Shown: in pieces, positions 6,576 to 15,132 of the stretch
Layout of the letters: the number at the start of each line of letters is the position of its first letter
Numbering within the stretch: position 1 is the stretch's first letter
Assembly (NCBI RefSeq): GCF_000341895.1
Contig: NC_020409.1
Location: 3,000,001-3,032,000, forward strand
Direction of reading: 5' to 3'
DNA from: Pseudodesulfovibrio piezophilus C1TLV30
GTDB lineage: Bacteria; Desulfobacterota; Desulfovibrionia; Desulfovibrionales; Desulfovibrionaceae
Length of the DNA: 32,000 nt
Notes under the pieces: model-generated
Told to the model about the DNA's origin: nothing
Databases searched by the model: none
The model's input: the letters and a program-made list of their open reading frames with translations, nothing else
Translations under genes and position numbers: made by a program

Positions 6576-8518
6576 GTGTACACGAGGGACAGAGTCGGAG
6601 CCGTCCTTGCGGCAGTGTGATGGGTTGGATGACCAGTCTGTTTCTGTTTGCTCTGTCCTGGGTGGTGCTTTTTCCGGCTGTTTCGCCAGCTGCGCCCCTG
6701 GATTCGGTCAGCTTGCAGTTACGCTGGTTTCACCAGTTCCAATTTGCAGGGTACTACACTGCAAAATCAAAAGGTTTTTACCGTGATGTCGGGCTTGATG
6801 TCACGATAATCGAGCGTGATCTCAAAGTGAACCCGGTCCATGCCGTGCAGCAGGGAAATGCTCAATTCGGTGTGACCAATTCCGAGATCCTGCTGCACCG
6901 GATGCGAGGGGAACCGGTGGTCGTCATGGCCGCGATTCTTCAGCACTCGCCGCTTGTCCTGCTCACAACGAAAAAAGACCGCATATCTTCACCCCATGAC
7001 CTGATGGGGAAGCGGGTGCTCATGAGCACCAAGACAATGGATGTCGAATTACTTGGCATGTTACAGAAGGAGCATGTCCCCCTCGGTCGACTGGATATCG
7101 TGGATCGTTTTTCGAGCAGAAATGATTATCTTGATCCCTCGTTCGACGCAGTTGCCGCCTATATCACCAATCAGCCATATTATCTTGAAGAGAAGGGGAT
7201 TGCCTACGGGGTTCTTTACCCTGCCTCTTATGGCGTCGATTTCTATGGAGATTGTCTTTTTACGACAGAAGATCAGGTTCAGAACCATCCAGACAGGGTC
7301 CGGGCATTTCATGAAGCGAGTCTGAGAGGCTGGCAGTATGCGATGGCGCATCCTGATGAAATTATCGATTTGATCATGGCGGACTATGCCCCTCGCAAAA
7401 CAAAGGCGCATCTGGAGTATGAAGCAGCGGCCATCAGGAAGCTGATGCTGCCGGACCTTGTGTCCATAGGCCATATGAATCCCGGCAGGTGGGCATATAT
7501 CGGAGAGGTCTTCAGAAGTCTCGGTCTGACTTCAACGCCTCTCGACATGGGAAGCTTTCTCTATTCACCCAATCCAGTGGGAGATCATGCCGCACTGAAA
7601 AAATTTCTCTATATATTGGGAGTCGTGGCTCTTGTCTTGATGTTGGGGGCCATTTCCCTCGGAGTCTTCAACCGAAAATTGCAGATTCAGGTGCAACAGA
7701 GAACCGAAGCCCTCACTCTCAAGGCACTGGAACTGGAACGTGCCAACCAGCGACTGACCGAACTGGATCGAGTTAAATCGGCTCTGCTGTCGTCTGTTTC
7801 GCATGAGATCAGGACACCCATGACTGCAGTGCTGGGATTTGTGAAGCTTATTGGCAAGGAGTTCAAGAGAACCTTTGCTCCGCTGGCGCATGGCAATGTT
7901 TCACTGGAGAGAAAGCGCGACAGAATCAGCAAAAACCTGAATGTCATTTCCGTCGAGGGAGAAAGACTCACTCGACTTATCTCTGATGTTCTTGATCTTT
8001 CCAAAATCGAGTCAGGGAGCGTTCACTGGCAGGATCAGGATATTGATATGGCAGAGGTTGCCTACAATTCCGTGGCAGTGGTGCAGGAACTGTTTGCCCA
8101 GAATCCGGGAACAAATCTGTTCATGGATGTCCAGGATAACCTGCCTCGGGTTCACGCCGACCCGGACCGTATTATCCAGGTTTTGATCAATCTGCTGGCC
8201 AATGCCGTGAAATTCACCGCATCCGGTGAAGTTCGACTCACCCTTGCTTCGGATGGAGCCGGTCATATCGAGATCGTGGTCAGCGATACTGGCATCGGCA
8301 TCGCTCAGGAAGATGCAGAGGATATCTTTAATATGTTTCATCAGGTCCGGCGGGGTGATACCGTTCGTTTCGGCGAGCAGGGAGCCGGACTTGGGCTGGC
8401 TATCTGCAAGGAAATCGTGGAACATTATGGTGGTTCCATTTTTGTACACTCCGCTCTCGGCCAGGGCAGTCGTTTTACAGTGAGGCTTCCCGCAGTCGTC
8501 CCGAAAACCGAAAACTAG
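6572..8518 (+). CDS. Sensor histidine kinase with an NMT1/THI5-like (ABC substrate-binding-like) periplasmic domain. No cognate regulator is adjacent.
   Basis: Signal/TM segment, periplasmic LQLRWFHQFQFAGYY...-type domain, second TM, coiled coil, HisKA box SHEIRTPMTAV, and HATPase N/G boxes (LLANAVKFT, DTGIGI, GAGLGLAI). The start is uncertain (6572, 6620 or 6629). Confidence 0.85.
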   Translation: MCVHEGQSRSRPCGSVMGWMTSLFLFALSWVVLFPAVSPAAPLDSVSLQLRWFHQFQFAGYYTAKSKGFYRDVGLDVTIIERDLKVNPVHAVQQGNAQFGVTNSEILLHRMRGEPVVVMAAILQHSPLVLLTTKKDRISSPHDLMGKRVLMSTKTMDVELLGMLQKEHVPLGRLDIVDRFSSRNDYLDPSFDAVAAYITNQPYYLEEKGIAYGVLYPASYGVDFYGDCLFTTEDQVQNHPDRVRAFHEASLRGWQYAMAHPDEIIDLIMADYAPRKTKAHLEYEAAAIRKLMLPDLVSIGHMNPGRWAYIGEVFRSLGLTSTPLDMGSFLYSPNPVGDHAALKKFLYILGVVALVLMLGAISLGVFNRKLQIQVQQRTEALTLKALELERANQRLTELDRVKSALLSSVSHEIRTPMTAVLGFVKLIGKEFKRTFAPLAHGNVSLERKRDRISKNLNVISVEGERLTRLISDVLDLSKIESGSVHWQDQDIDMAEVAYNSVAVVQELFAQNPGTNLFMDVQDNLPRVHADPDRIIQVLINLLANAVKFTASGEVRLTLASDGAGHIEIVVSDTGIGIAQEDAEDIFNMFHQVRRGDTVRFGEQGAGLGLAICKEIVEHYGGSIFVHSALGQGSRFTVRLPAVVPKTEN

Positions 8519-8868
8519 ATCGTCTTTGCCAACCCGGCTTTGGCAAAAGTATATTGTCCAGCTTGAAGTAGGGCTATTTCGTTTTCCTTGGCTGCTATCT
8601 GCCGATATTTTTCTTCATCTGGTAATGCCGAATTCCAGACTTTGGAAATCTCACTCTTGACCACCTGCACTCGCTGTTCCAATCGTTCAAGAGAAAAAGT
8701 TCCATTCTTGATCGGTTCGATGGCTGCTTCCCGGAACGCTTGCAGGGCTTCTTCCGAAAATTCAACGACATCGCCGAGCAGACGTTCATTTTCCTCCTGT
8801 GTCATTTCCTTGAGGTGCATCTCAAAGCTGACATCCTCTGAGCGGGCTTCACGTACTTCAACTTGCAT
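8515..8868 (-). CDS. Hypothetical acidic helical protein (117 aa).
   Basis: GGAGGG lies 6 nt upstream of ATG 8868. Its stop codon overlaps the stop of the convergent kinase gene. No family recognised. Confidence 0.5.
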   Translation of the reverse strand: MQVEVREARSEDVSFEMHLKEMTQEENERLLGDVVEFSEEALQAFREAAIEPIKNGTFSLERLEQRVQVVKSEISKVWNSALPDEEKYRQIAAKENEIALLQAGQYTFAKAGLAKTI

Positions 8869-8982
8869 AACCAACCCTCCATGGTGGCTGTGTCCTTATC
8901 TTATCGGTCACCACACGAATTTTCTCTAGGGAGGGTATGGAAGTGAAGGAGTCGATGGGGAATGATTCGGCGGAATCTCCAT

Positions 8983-9017
8983 CATAAGAAAGGCCCTCCC
9001 GATTGTACGGGAGGGCC
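8983..9017 (-). terminator. Intrinsic terminator downstream of the octaheme cytochrome gene.
   Basis: GGCCCTCCCG-attgta-CGGGAGGGCC forms a perfect 10-bp stem. It is followed on the minus strand by TTTCTTAT. Confidence 0.6.
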
Positions 9018-9057
9018 AGGGGGCGAGGTTCGCTATGGAGTGGCGAAAGCCATCGGC

Positions 9058-10419
9058 TTAGTCTGGAGCGGTGGACATGACTGTGGACAATTCTTCGATC
9101 TGGCCGGTTTTCAGGCGATAATCATAGATGGCCTTCATATCCTTGTAGACCTGGAAGACTTGGAAGAAACCATGCCAGTGGGCATAATCCGGGCCGTTCA
9201 TGGCCGTCCCGTGACGGGCGCGACGACCGCAGTGATGCCACAGGAAGTACATCAGCTCCTGGAAACCATCAGTCCACGGATCTTTGCCCAGCAGATTTTT
9301 TTCCTGAAGCACGGTTTTCATTTCGACAGCCTTGTCCCAATACGTATTATACAGGGCAACTGCGTTATCAAGCTGCATACGCTGGCTATTGGTATGCAGG
9401 GTCGAGTGGCAGCTCTTGCAGACCTGGCGCATTTTCTTGTCGCCTTCCATGCCATTACCGCGATCATTTTTGCGAAGTTCGCTGCGAGCATGGACCAGGT
9501 CCCATTTGAGACGCTCGGCCACGTTATGCGTCGTGGTCAATTCGCCTATGCCGGACATGTGGCAGACAGCGCAGGTTGGTGCGTCATAATCTCCAGGTTC
9601 CCAGGTGTCGGGAGCGGCTTCAAAGTTCCATTTTTCACTGTGGGCCTTGTAGATTTGCCCGTGCTTGGACTCTTCGTAGATTTCGATCTGCGGATGATCC
9701 GGACCAAGGTGGCAGGAAGCACAGGCTTCGGGCTTGCGGGCCTCGGATACGGCAAACTGGTGACGTGTATGGCAGACGGTGCAGTTGCCGACACTGCCGT
9801 CTGGATAGCGGGTGCCGACGCCTCCGGGCCAAGTGTCATTAATGGGCTTGTGGTCCGGGCCGAGTTCGACCTGTGTTCCGTGGCACATCTGACACCCGGC
9901 GGCACGGCTTGCACGATTGGGGGCAGAGCCTTTTTCAACGCCAAGGAATTCCGCACCTTCATGATGATACATCAGGCCGATGAATTTGGGGACCTCCAAC
10001 AGGGGACGCCCCGAGTTCATGGCGTGATTCGATTTCAGGAACTGCTCCACTTCGCGCGGATGGCACTTGGAGCAGGTTTTTGAGGAAACCATGGGCGAGG
10101 TGTAAATATTGGTGCCGCGAAGGCCCTCGCACTGGCTGGCCATGGGAGAATCCTTTTCCACGACGTGACAGTCATAGCAGGAGACCGTGGCATGGCCCAT
10201 TTTGCCGTTTTTCCAGTTTTCAACTATGCCGGGTGTCTTCTGGGAGTGACACTCGATGCACGATTTGGCTTCCTTGGTGAAGCCTCGGTGCACCACGAGC
10301 TGCCTCTTCTCGAGATTGACGCCTTCCAATTCGGCTGCGGCCTGTGCCGGTCCAGCCAGCATGAACGTCATGCAGCATATGAATCCGGCGACGAAGATCG
10401 TACCGAAAACTTTTTTCAT
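9058..10419 (-). CDS. hao: Periplasmic octaheme c-type cytochrome, hydroxylamine oxidoreductase (HAO) family. Probably a reductive Hao-like enzyme.
   Basis: Signal peptide ending AQAAA. Eight CxxCH motifs (CIECH, CYDCH, CSKCH, CQMCH, CTVCH, CASCH, CAVCH, CKSCH) and no CxxCK. The segment [30 protein letters not shown] matches my recollection of HAO-family sequences. Confidence 0.75.
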   Translation of the reverse strand: MKKVFGTIFVAGFICCMTFMLAGPAQAAAELEGVNLEKRQLVVHRGFTKEAKSCIECHSQKTPGIVENWKNGKMGHATVSCYDCHVVEKDSPMASQCEGLRGTNIYTSPMVSSKTCSKCHPREVEQFLKSNHAMNSGRPLLEVPKFIGLMYHHEGAEFLGVEKGSAPNRASRAAGCQMCHGTQVELGPDHKPINDTWPGGVGTRYPDGSVGNCTVCHTRHQFAVSEARKPEACASCHLGPDHPQIEIYEESKHGQIYKAHSEKWNFEAAPDTWEPGDYDAPTCAVCHMSGIGELTTTHNVAERLKWDLVHARSELRKNDRGNGMEGDKKMRQVCKSCHSTLHTNSQRMQLDNAVALYNTYWDKAVEMKTVLQEKNLLGKDPWTDGFQELMYFLWHHCGRRARHGTAMNGPDYAHWHGFFQVFQVYKDMKAIYDYRLKTGQIEELSTVMSTAPD

Positions 10420-10428
10420 AAACCTCTC

Positions 10429-10998
10429 CTACTCCTTGCCCGCGACTTGTGGGCTTTTCTTGAAATAGTTGTTGATTTCCGAGACCATGTTCTTGTGGCC
10501 GACATGCTCGTGGCAATCCACGCAACGTTTGTCCAGATCGCCGATGAGGTACTGCCTGTGCGCGAGAATCCCACTGGTCCTCATGCCTTCCGGCTCGAGG
10601 TTGACGTGGCATTTGCGGCAGGCATTGTCGTAAGTGAATCCGCGCCGGTGTTTGGCGCGACCAGCCCAGTCGTACGTGGAGGGATCAATAATCATGTTCA
10701 TGATGATATCCCGCGTTCCGGTGTACGCCTTGGTGGCCACATACTCCACAAAACCGCCATGCGGCAGGTGACAGTCCACACATTGCGCTTCAAGCCCTTT
10801 GTCGTTGTTGCCACCGTGTGTTTCATTGCGCCAGGCCGTTCTGAAAGGCTTCATGACGTGACAGGAAACACAAAAGACATCCGTATTCGTAGCCTGAATC
10901 ATATACCCCGAGGCCAAAATAACGGAGACGGCAAGAACGACCCCAATGAGCACGCCTGGCAACAGCTTTCGGCTATGACGCTTCTCACTGTCTGCCAT
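10429..10998 (-). CDS. NapC/NirT/NrfH-family membrane-anchored tetraheme cytochrome c (quinol dehydrogenase).
   Basis: N-terminal TM helix and four CxxCH motifs (CVSCH, CVDCH, CRKCH, CVDCH). It lies 9 nt upstream of the octaheme gene. Confidence 0.85.
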   Translation of the reverse strand: MADSEKRHSRKLLPGVLIGVVLAVSVILASGYMIQATNTDVFCVSCHVMKPFRTAWRNETHGGNNDKGLEAQCVDCHLPHGGFVEYVATKAYTGTRDIIMNMIIDPSTYDWAGRAKHRRGFTYDNACRKCHVNLEPEGMRTSGILAHRQYLIGDLDKRCVDCHEHVGHKNMVSEINNYFKKSPQVAGKE

Positions 10999-11120
10999 TC
11001 ATACATCCCTTATTTGCAGTTGAACGTGTCAAGAGTGCCCCTCTTGGGCGCTCGCCTTTACCAACCTCGCTGACCGGATTGATGAACGATGCACAATCCG
11101 ATGAGAAACTTTTTTGTTAG

Positions 11121-11136
11121 AACAATAACCATGCCA
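11121..11136 (-). promoter_or_regulatory. Weak sigma-54-type -24/-12 candidate facing the nrfH-like/hao operon.
   Basis: The minus strand reads TGGCATggttaTTGTT. The GG spacing is correct but -12 is GT rather than the consensus GC. It lies about 125 nt upstream of ATG 10998. Confidence 0.25.
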
Positions 11137-11148
11137 TGATGGGGAGAG

Positions 11149-11164
11149 TGGCACTGTTCTTGTT
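11149..11164 (+). promoter_or_regulatory. Weak sigma-54-type -24/-12 candidate facing the kinase/regulator operon.
   Basis: The plus strand reads TGGCACtgttcTTGTT. Again -12 is GT instead of GC. It sits back-to-back with the minus-strand candidate. Confidence 0.2.
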
Positions 11165-11233
11165 TTCATTGGCACCACGAGTTGTTTTGGCTGGGAAGAG
11201 TCTCGGAGTTTACTGGGAGTGGATAAGAGAAAA

Positions 11234-11294
11234 ATGTCATTTTTTTCTGACATACGTCATATAAAAATGACAGAGTGTCATATAGAGTTGACAT
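11234..11294. promoter_or_regulatory. Cluster of six TGACAT/ATGTCA half-sites, including two inverted-repeat pairs. Candidate regulator binding array.
   Basis: ATGTCA(11234-11239)-N8-TGACAT(11248-11253); CGTCAT (11255-11260); ATGACA(11267-11272)-gag-TGTCAT(11276-11281); TGACAT (11289-11294). Confidence 0.35.
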
Positions 11295-11333
11295 TGTATG
11301 TGGGGCTTTCGGATTCCCGGTTGGGAGGAGAAA

Positions 11334-13628
11334 ATGGACAAGAAGGCGAAATCAAAAATGAATCGGTGGGCATGGCCTCTTGGGTTGGGTGTGGCATGGC
11401 TGATATTTTTGTTGGTTCTGGCTATCTGGTCAGTTCAGTCGGAGCGAGCCCACGTGACGAGCATGGCTGAGCGTGAAGCAAAGGCCTTTTTCCAACAGAT
11501 GGTGGTGACCCGATCCTGGAACGCCGCTCATGGAGGAGTGTATGTTGTCGCGACTCCCGACAATCCGCCCAATCCGTATTTCAAGAGGGAAGACCGGAGC
11601 CTTGAAACCATGCAGGGCATTACACTGACCAAGGTCAACCCGGCTTACATGACACGCCAACTCTCCACCATTGCTCGCTATGAACATGATGTACAGTTCC
11701 ATATCACGAGCCTGGACCCGGTTCGTCCCGCGAATAAGGCTGACGAATGGGAGTCCGTGGCATTGAGGGAGTTCGAACGGGGAGGCAGAGAAAAATTTTC
11801 TTTGGTGGAGACTGGTGGAAAACATTTCTTTCGGTATATGGCTCCGTTGCTGGCAGAAAAAGGCTGTATGCGATGCCATGACGAATACGGGCATAAAGGG
11901 AAACGCCTTCTGGGCGGTATTTCAGTCACCTTTCTGGCCGATCCTCTCATCAATGCCCGCAAGAGTTCCGTGGCCCATACACATTTGGTCTTTTCGTTGA
12001 TTTTTCTCGTGGGTTTTATCGGTATTTGCGGATCCACATATCTGGTGCAGACGAAACGGGCGGAGGCCGAACAGGCCAATCGAACCAAATCCGTTTTTTT
12101 GGCGAATATGAGTCATGACATGAGAACTCCTCTGAATGGCATCATGGGGCTGACGGAATTGATGCAAAAGAAAGGGTTGAGCCAAACTCAATCCCGATAT
12201 GCGGACATGGTCCGCCATTCCGCTTGGACTCTGCTGGAAATAATCACTGATATAACAGATTTTTCTCGGCTGGAATCAGGGCGTCTGGAGCTGACAAAAA
12301 CGGTTTTCGAGATGAAGCAGCTACTGGATGATGCCCTTGCCATTTTTCGGTTTGAATCAGAGAATAAAGGATTGGTGCTTTCTGCCACCGTTTCGCCGGA
12401 TGTTCACCGCCTGCTCAAGGGTGATGCTTTCCGCCTCAAACAAGTTATCACCAACCTGGTAGGCAATGCTGTCAAATTTACCGAGCACGGCATCGTTGCC
12501 GTCAGGGTTTCATCTGGTGGGGAAGTTTCCGAGGTGAATGGCGGCCGTTCCAGGAATGTTCGCGTCTTGGTGGAGGTCAGTGATTCCGGTATCGGTATTC
12601 CGCAAGAGAGGCAGCAGGATATCTTCGAGAGTTTTCGGCAGGTGGATGATTCTTATGCCAAGCATCATGAGGGGTCCGGGCTGGGCTTGGCCATCTGCCG
12701 ACAACTGGTGACCATGATGGGTGGTTCCATCTCTGTCCGTAGTGTCCTTGGCGAAGGAGCGACCTTCTCTTTTGATGTCATCCTCGAAGTGCCGGAGAAA
12801 GGGGAATTTTCCGCGGAGGTATCAGATGCGGAAACAGCTGTGATTTCGTCTGTCCGGCCCCGACGAGTACTGATGGCGGAAGATAACAGTCTCAATCAGA
12901 CCTTTGCCGTGGAAATATTGGAAGAGGCCGGGCATCCGGTGAGTGTGGCTGCGAACGGGTATGAAGTCCTGGAACTTCTCAGGAACAATGAATTTGATAT
13001 TGTTTTCATGGATATTCAAATGCCGGAGATGGACGGTTTGGAAGCGACTCGTTGCATTCGGGCCGGAGAAGCGGGAGAACATGCCAAGCGCGTCCCGATT
13101 GTGGCGGCTACGGCGTTTGCTCTGCCGGGCGATAGGCAGGCATGTCTGGATGCTGGGATGAACGGATTTGTACTCAAGCCATTGACGAGTGAAGATCTGT
13201 TGCAGGCCGTGGTCAAGTATACCGGAATAGCAGGGAAAACAGGAAAGGCAATAGCGGGATCAATGAAAAGGACGACAAAAAAGGTGAAACCAGTTCTCGA
13301 TATGGCTGGAGCACTGGAGCGATTGGGCGGGAGAAAAGGACTTTTCAAAAAGCTGGTTTGCGCATTTCAGGATGATGCACCATCCAAGCTGGCAGATTTG
13401 TCAGATGCCGTCAGGGACGGTCGCATTCAGGACGTCTTGCGGCTGGCCCATGGGATCAAGAATTCTGCAGGCATGATTGAAGCGACCGTATTGTCCAACG
13501 CAGCCTTTGCTCTGGAAATGGCGGCGCGTGAAGATCGTCTCATGGAAATCCCGGAACTTCATGACATACTCGGGCGTGCAGCCGAGGACGTTTTGTTCGC
13601 TTTGCATCAAATTGTGGAGGATATGTAA
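11334..13628 (+). CDS. Hybrid sensor histidine kinase. Domains: periplasmic Tll0287-like/DUF3365 domain with a c-type heme motif, HisKA, HATPase, receiver, HPt.
   Basis: GGAGG lies upstream of ATG 11334. Two TM segments flank a domain with GGVYV...FRYMAPL...GCMRCH (CxxCH at 11865-11879). H-box MSHDMRTPLNGI, G-boxes DSGIGI/GSGLGLAI, receiver segment DIVFMDIQMPEMDG, HPt LAHGIKNSAGMI. Confidence 0.85.
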   Translation: MDKKAKSKMNRWAWPLGLGVAWLIFLLVLAIWSVQSERAHVTSMAEREAKAFFQQMVVTRSWNAAHGGVYVVATPDNPPNPYFKREDRSLETMQGITLTKVNPAYMTRQLSTIARYEHDVQFHITSLDPVRPANKADEWESVALREFERGGREKFSLVETGGKHFFRYMAPLLAEKGCMRCHDEYGHKGKRLLGGISVTFLADPLINARKSSVAHTHLVFSLIFLVGFIGICGSTYLVQTKRAEAEQANRTKSVFLANMSHDMRTPLNGIMGLTELMQKKGLSQTQSRYADMVRHSAWTLLEIITDITDFSRLESGRLELTKTVFEMKQLLDDALAIFRFESENKGLVLSATVSPDVHRLLKGDAFRLKQVITNLVGNAVKFTEHGIVAVRVSSGGEVSEVNGGRSRNVRVLVEVSDSGIGIPQERQQDIFESFRQVDDSYAKHHEGSGLGLAICRQLVTMMGGSISVRSVLGEGATFSFDVILEVPEKGEFSAEVSDAETAVISSVRPRRVLMAEDNSLNQTFAVEILEEAGHPVSVAANGYEVLELLRNNEFDIVFMDIQMPEMDGLEATRCIRAGEAGEHAKRVPIVAATAFALPGDRQACLDAGMNGFVLKPLTSEDLLQAVVKYTGIAGKTGKAIAGSMKRTTKKVKPVLDMAGALERLGGRKGLFKKLVCAFQDDAPSKLADLSDAVRDGRIQDVLRLAHGIKNSAGMIEATVLSNAAFALEMAAREDRLMEIPELHDILGRAAEDVLFALHQIVEDM

Positions 13629-15011
13629 ATGGCTCGTATCCTCCTGATTGATGATGAGCAGATGATGCATGTCCTTTTTGCGGATGTAGTGACAGAGTTA
13701 GGGCATGAATTAACTGTTGCAGGAACATTGGCAGAAGCATGGCCTTTGCTTGAGGCTCTGCAGCATGACGTCATTTTCCTTGATGTTTTATTACCTGACG
13801 GCAATGGTATAGAAGAACTGGATCGGTACAAATCGTTGCCATGGGCACCTGAAGTCATTGTCATTACAAGCTACGGGGAGTCCTCGGGGGCCGCATCTGT
13901 CCTTGAACAAGGCGGTTGGGAGTATTTGACCAAGCCACTGACTGTCGACAAGATTGAACAGTCGGTCAGAGATGTTGTCACCTATCGGGAGCATCGGGTC
14001 GTGTTGCCCGGTGCAGGGAAACGCCCGGTGGGGATTGCCGGGTCAAGCGCCAAGCTTCTCCGGTGTCTGGCAAAAGTGGATGATATTGCCCATACCGATG
14101 TGACGGCCATGATCCATGGTGAGACCGGCACAGGGAAAGAACTGATTGCCCGTGCGGTTCACGATCGAAGCAGGCGGGCCTCCCGGCCTTTCGTGACGCT
14201 CGATTGTGCTTCTCTTTCTCCGACTCTTGTCGCCTCACAACTTTTCGGTCATGTCCGTGGGGCTTACACCGGAGCAGATAGATCGCGTAACGGTGTCATT
14301 GCACAGGCTCACACCGGAACACTCTTTATGGACGAGATAGGTGAATTGCCTCTTGAGATGCAGGCATCCTTTTTGCGGGTATTGGAAACCGGACGATACC
14401 GGCCCGTTGGCAGTCAGGGTGAGCAGGAGTCGGATTTCAGGCTGGTCACGGCGACCAACAGAGACCTGGAGGAAATGTCCAGGCTTGGTTTGTTCCGCAA
14501 TGATTTACTGTATCGACTTCAGGGAGCAACACTGACGCTTCCTCCGCTTCGGGATCGGCTTGAAGATCTTGAATCCATTGTCCGTTTTCACCTTGATAAG
14601 GCCTGCGGTTCATCTGATGGATGTACCAAGGAAATCAGTGAGGAATTCTGGGCAACTCTTCGCGCGTACTCATGGCCCGGAAATGTTCGGGAACTCAAAC
14701 ATGCGGTTCTCCGGGCATTGGGAGCAGCCAAGGACGGGCCTGTCATCTATAGCCGTCATCTTCCAACGCATGTCCGTATCAAAGCCGTCCAGCAGACACT
14801 GGATTCAGGCGAAAGATTGTCGGCTCCGCTCCTCCGATCTGGGCAGAAATTATTCCCCCGCCTCAAGGACTACCGGGATAAGGCCGAGCGGGAATATGTG
14901 AAATTGCTTCTTGAGAAGAGTGGCTGCAACATGAAACAGGCGGCTACCCTTGCCGGAGTCTCTCGGGGGTATCTCTATGAGCTTCTGAAGAAACACGGCG
15001 TGAAACGGTAA
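13629..15011 (+). CDS. Sigma-54-dependent response regulator (NtrC family): receiver, AAA+, Fis-type HTH.
   Basis: The ATG directly follows the kinase stop. Receiver domain; Walker A GETGTGKE; GAYTGA (the GAFTGA sigma-54 contact loop); C-terminal HTH QAATLAGVSRGYLYELLKKHG. Confidence 0.9.
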   Translation: MARILLIDDEQMMHVLFADVVTELGHELTVAGTLAEAWPLLEALQHDVIFLDVLLPDGNGIEELDRYKSLPWAPEVIVITSYGESSGAASVLEQGGWEYLTKPLTVDKIEQSVRDVVTYREHRVVLPGAGKRPVGIAGSSAKLLRCLAKVDDIAHTDVTAMIHGETGTGKELIARAVHDRSRRASRPFVTLDCASLSPTLVASQLFGHVRGAYTGADRSRNGVIAQAHTGTLFMDEIGELPLEMQASFLRVLETGRYRPVGSQGEQESDFRLVTATNRDLEEMSRLGLFRNDLLYRLQGATLTLPPLRDRLEDLESIVRFHLDKACGSSDGCTKEISEEFWATLRAYSWPGNVRELKHAVLRALGAAKDGPVIYSRHLPTHVRIKAVQQTLDSGERLSAPLLRSGQKLFPRLKDYRDKAEREYVKLLLEKSGCNMKQAATLAGVSRGYLYELLKKHGVKR

Positions 15012-15132
15012 GACCCTCCAGGTGCGCATGGTTCTGCCTGAAATGAATATGGACCGGTCGAGACTGGCTCTCTGCCAGGAGCGGGCAGGGCATGCTCTTC
15101 GAATTTGTTTGAGGCGGTGATGGGATTGTCTC

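Noticed and set aside
8901-8907. A second sigma-28-like -10 element (CCGATAA on the minus strand) upstream of the 117-aa hypothetical gene
   Set aside because: The position relative to the ATG is good. However, there is no TAAA at the required 16-nt spacing upstream (the sequence there is AGAG/AAAA), so the match is too weak to call.
8962-10083. 373-aa plus-strand ORF
   Set aside because: It lies entirely antisense to the octaheme cytochrome gene. The translation is low-complexity and Gly/Ala/His-rich with no motifs, whereas the minus-strand frame has a signal peptide and eight heme motifs. This is a shadow ORF.
9058-10419. Calling this gene nrfA (pentaheme nitrite reductase) because it follows an nrfH-like gene
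   Set aside because: It has eight CxxCH motifs and no CxxCK active-site heme motif. It also has HAO-type sequence blocks, so it is not a canonical NrfA.
10165-11073. 302-aa plus-strand ORF
   Set aside because: It is antisense to the NrfH-like gene and the 5' part of the octaheme gene. The minus-strand frames contain the CxxCH motifs.
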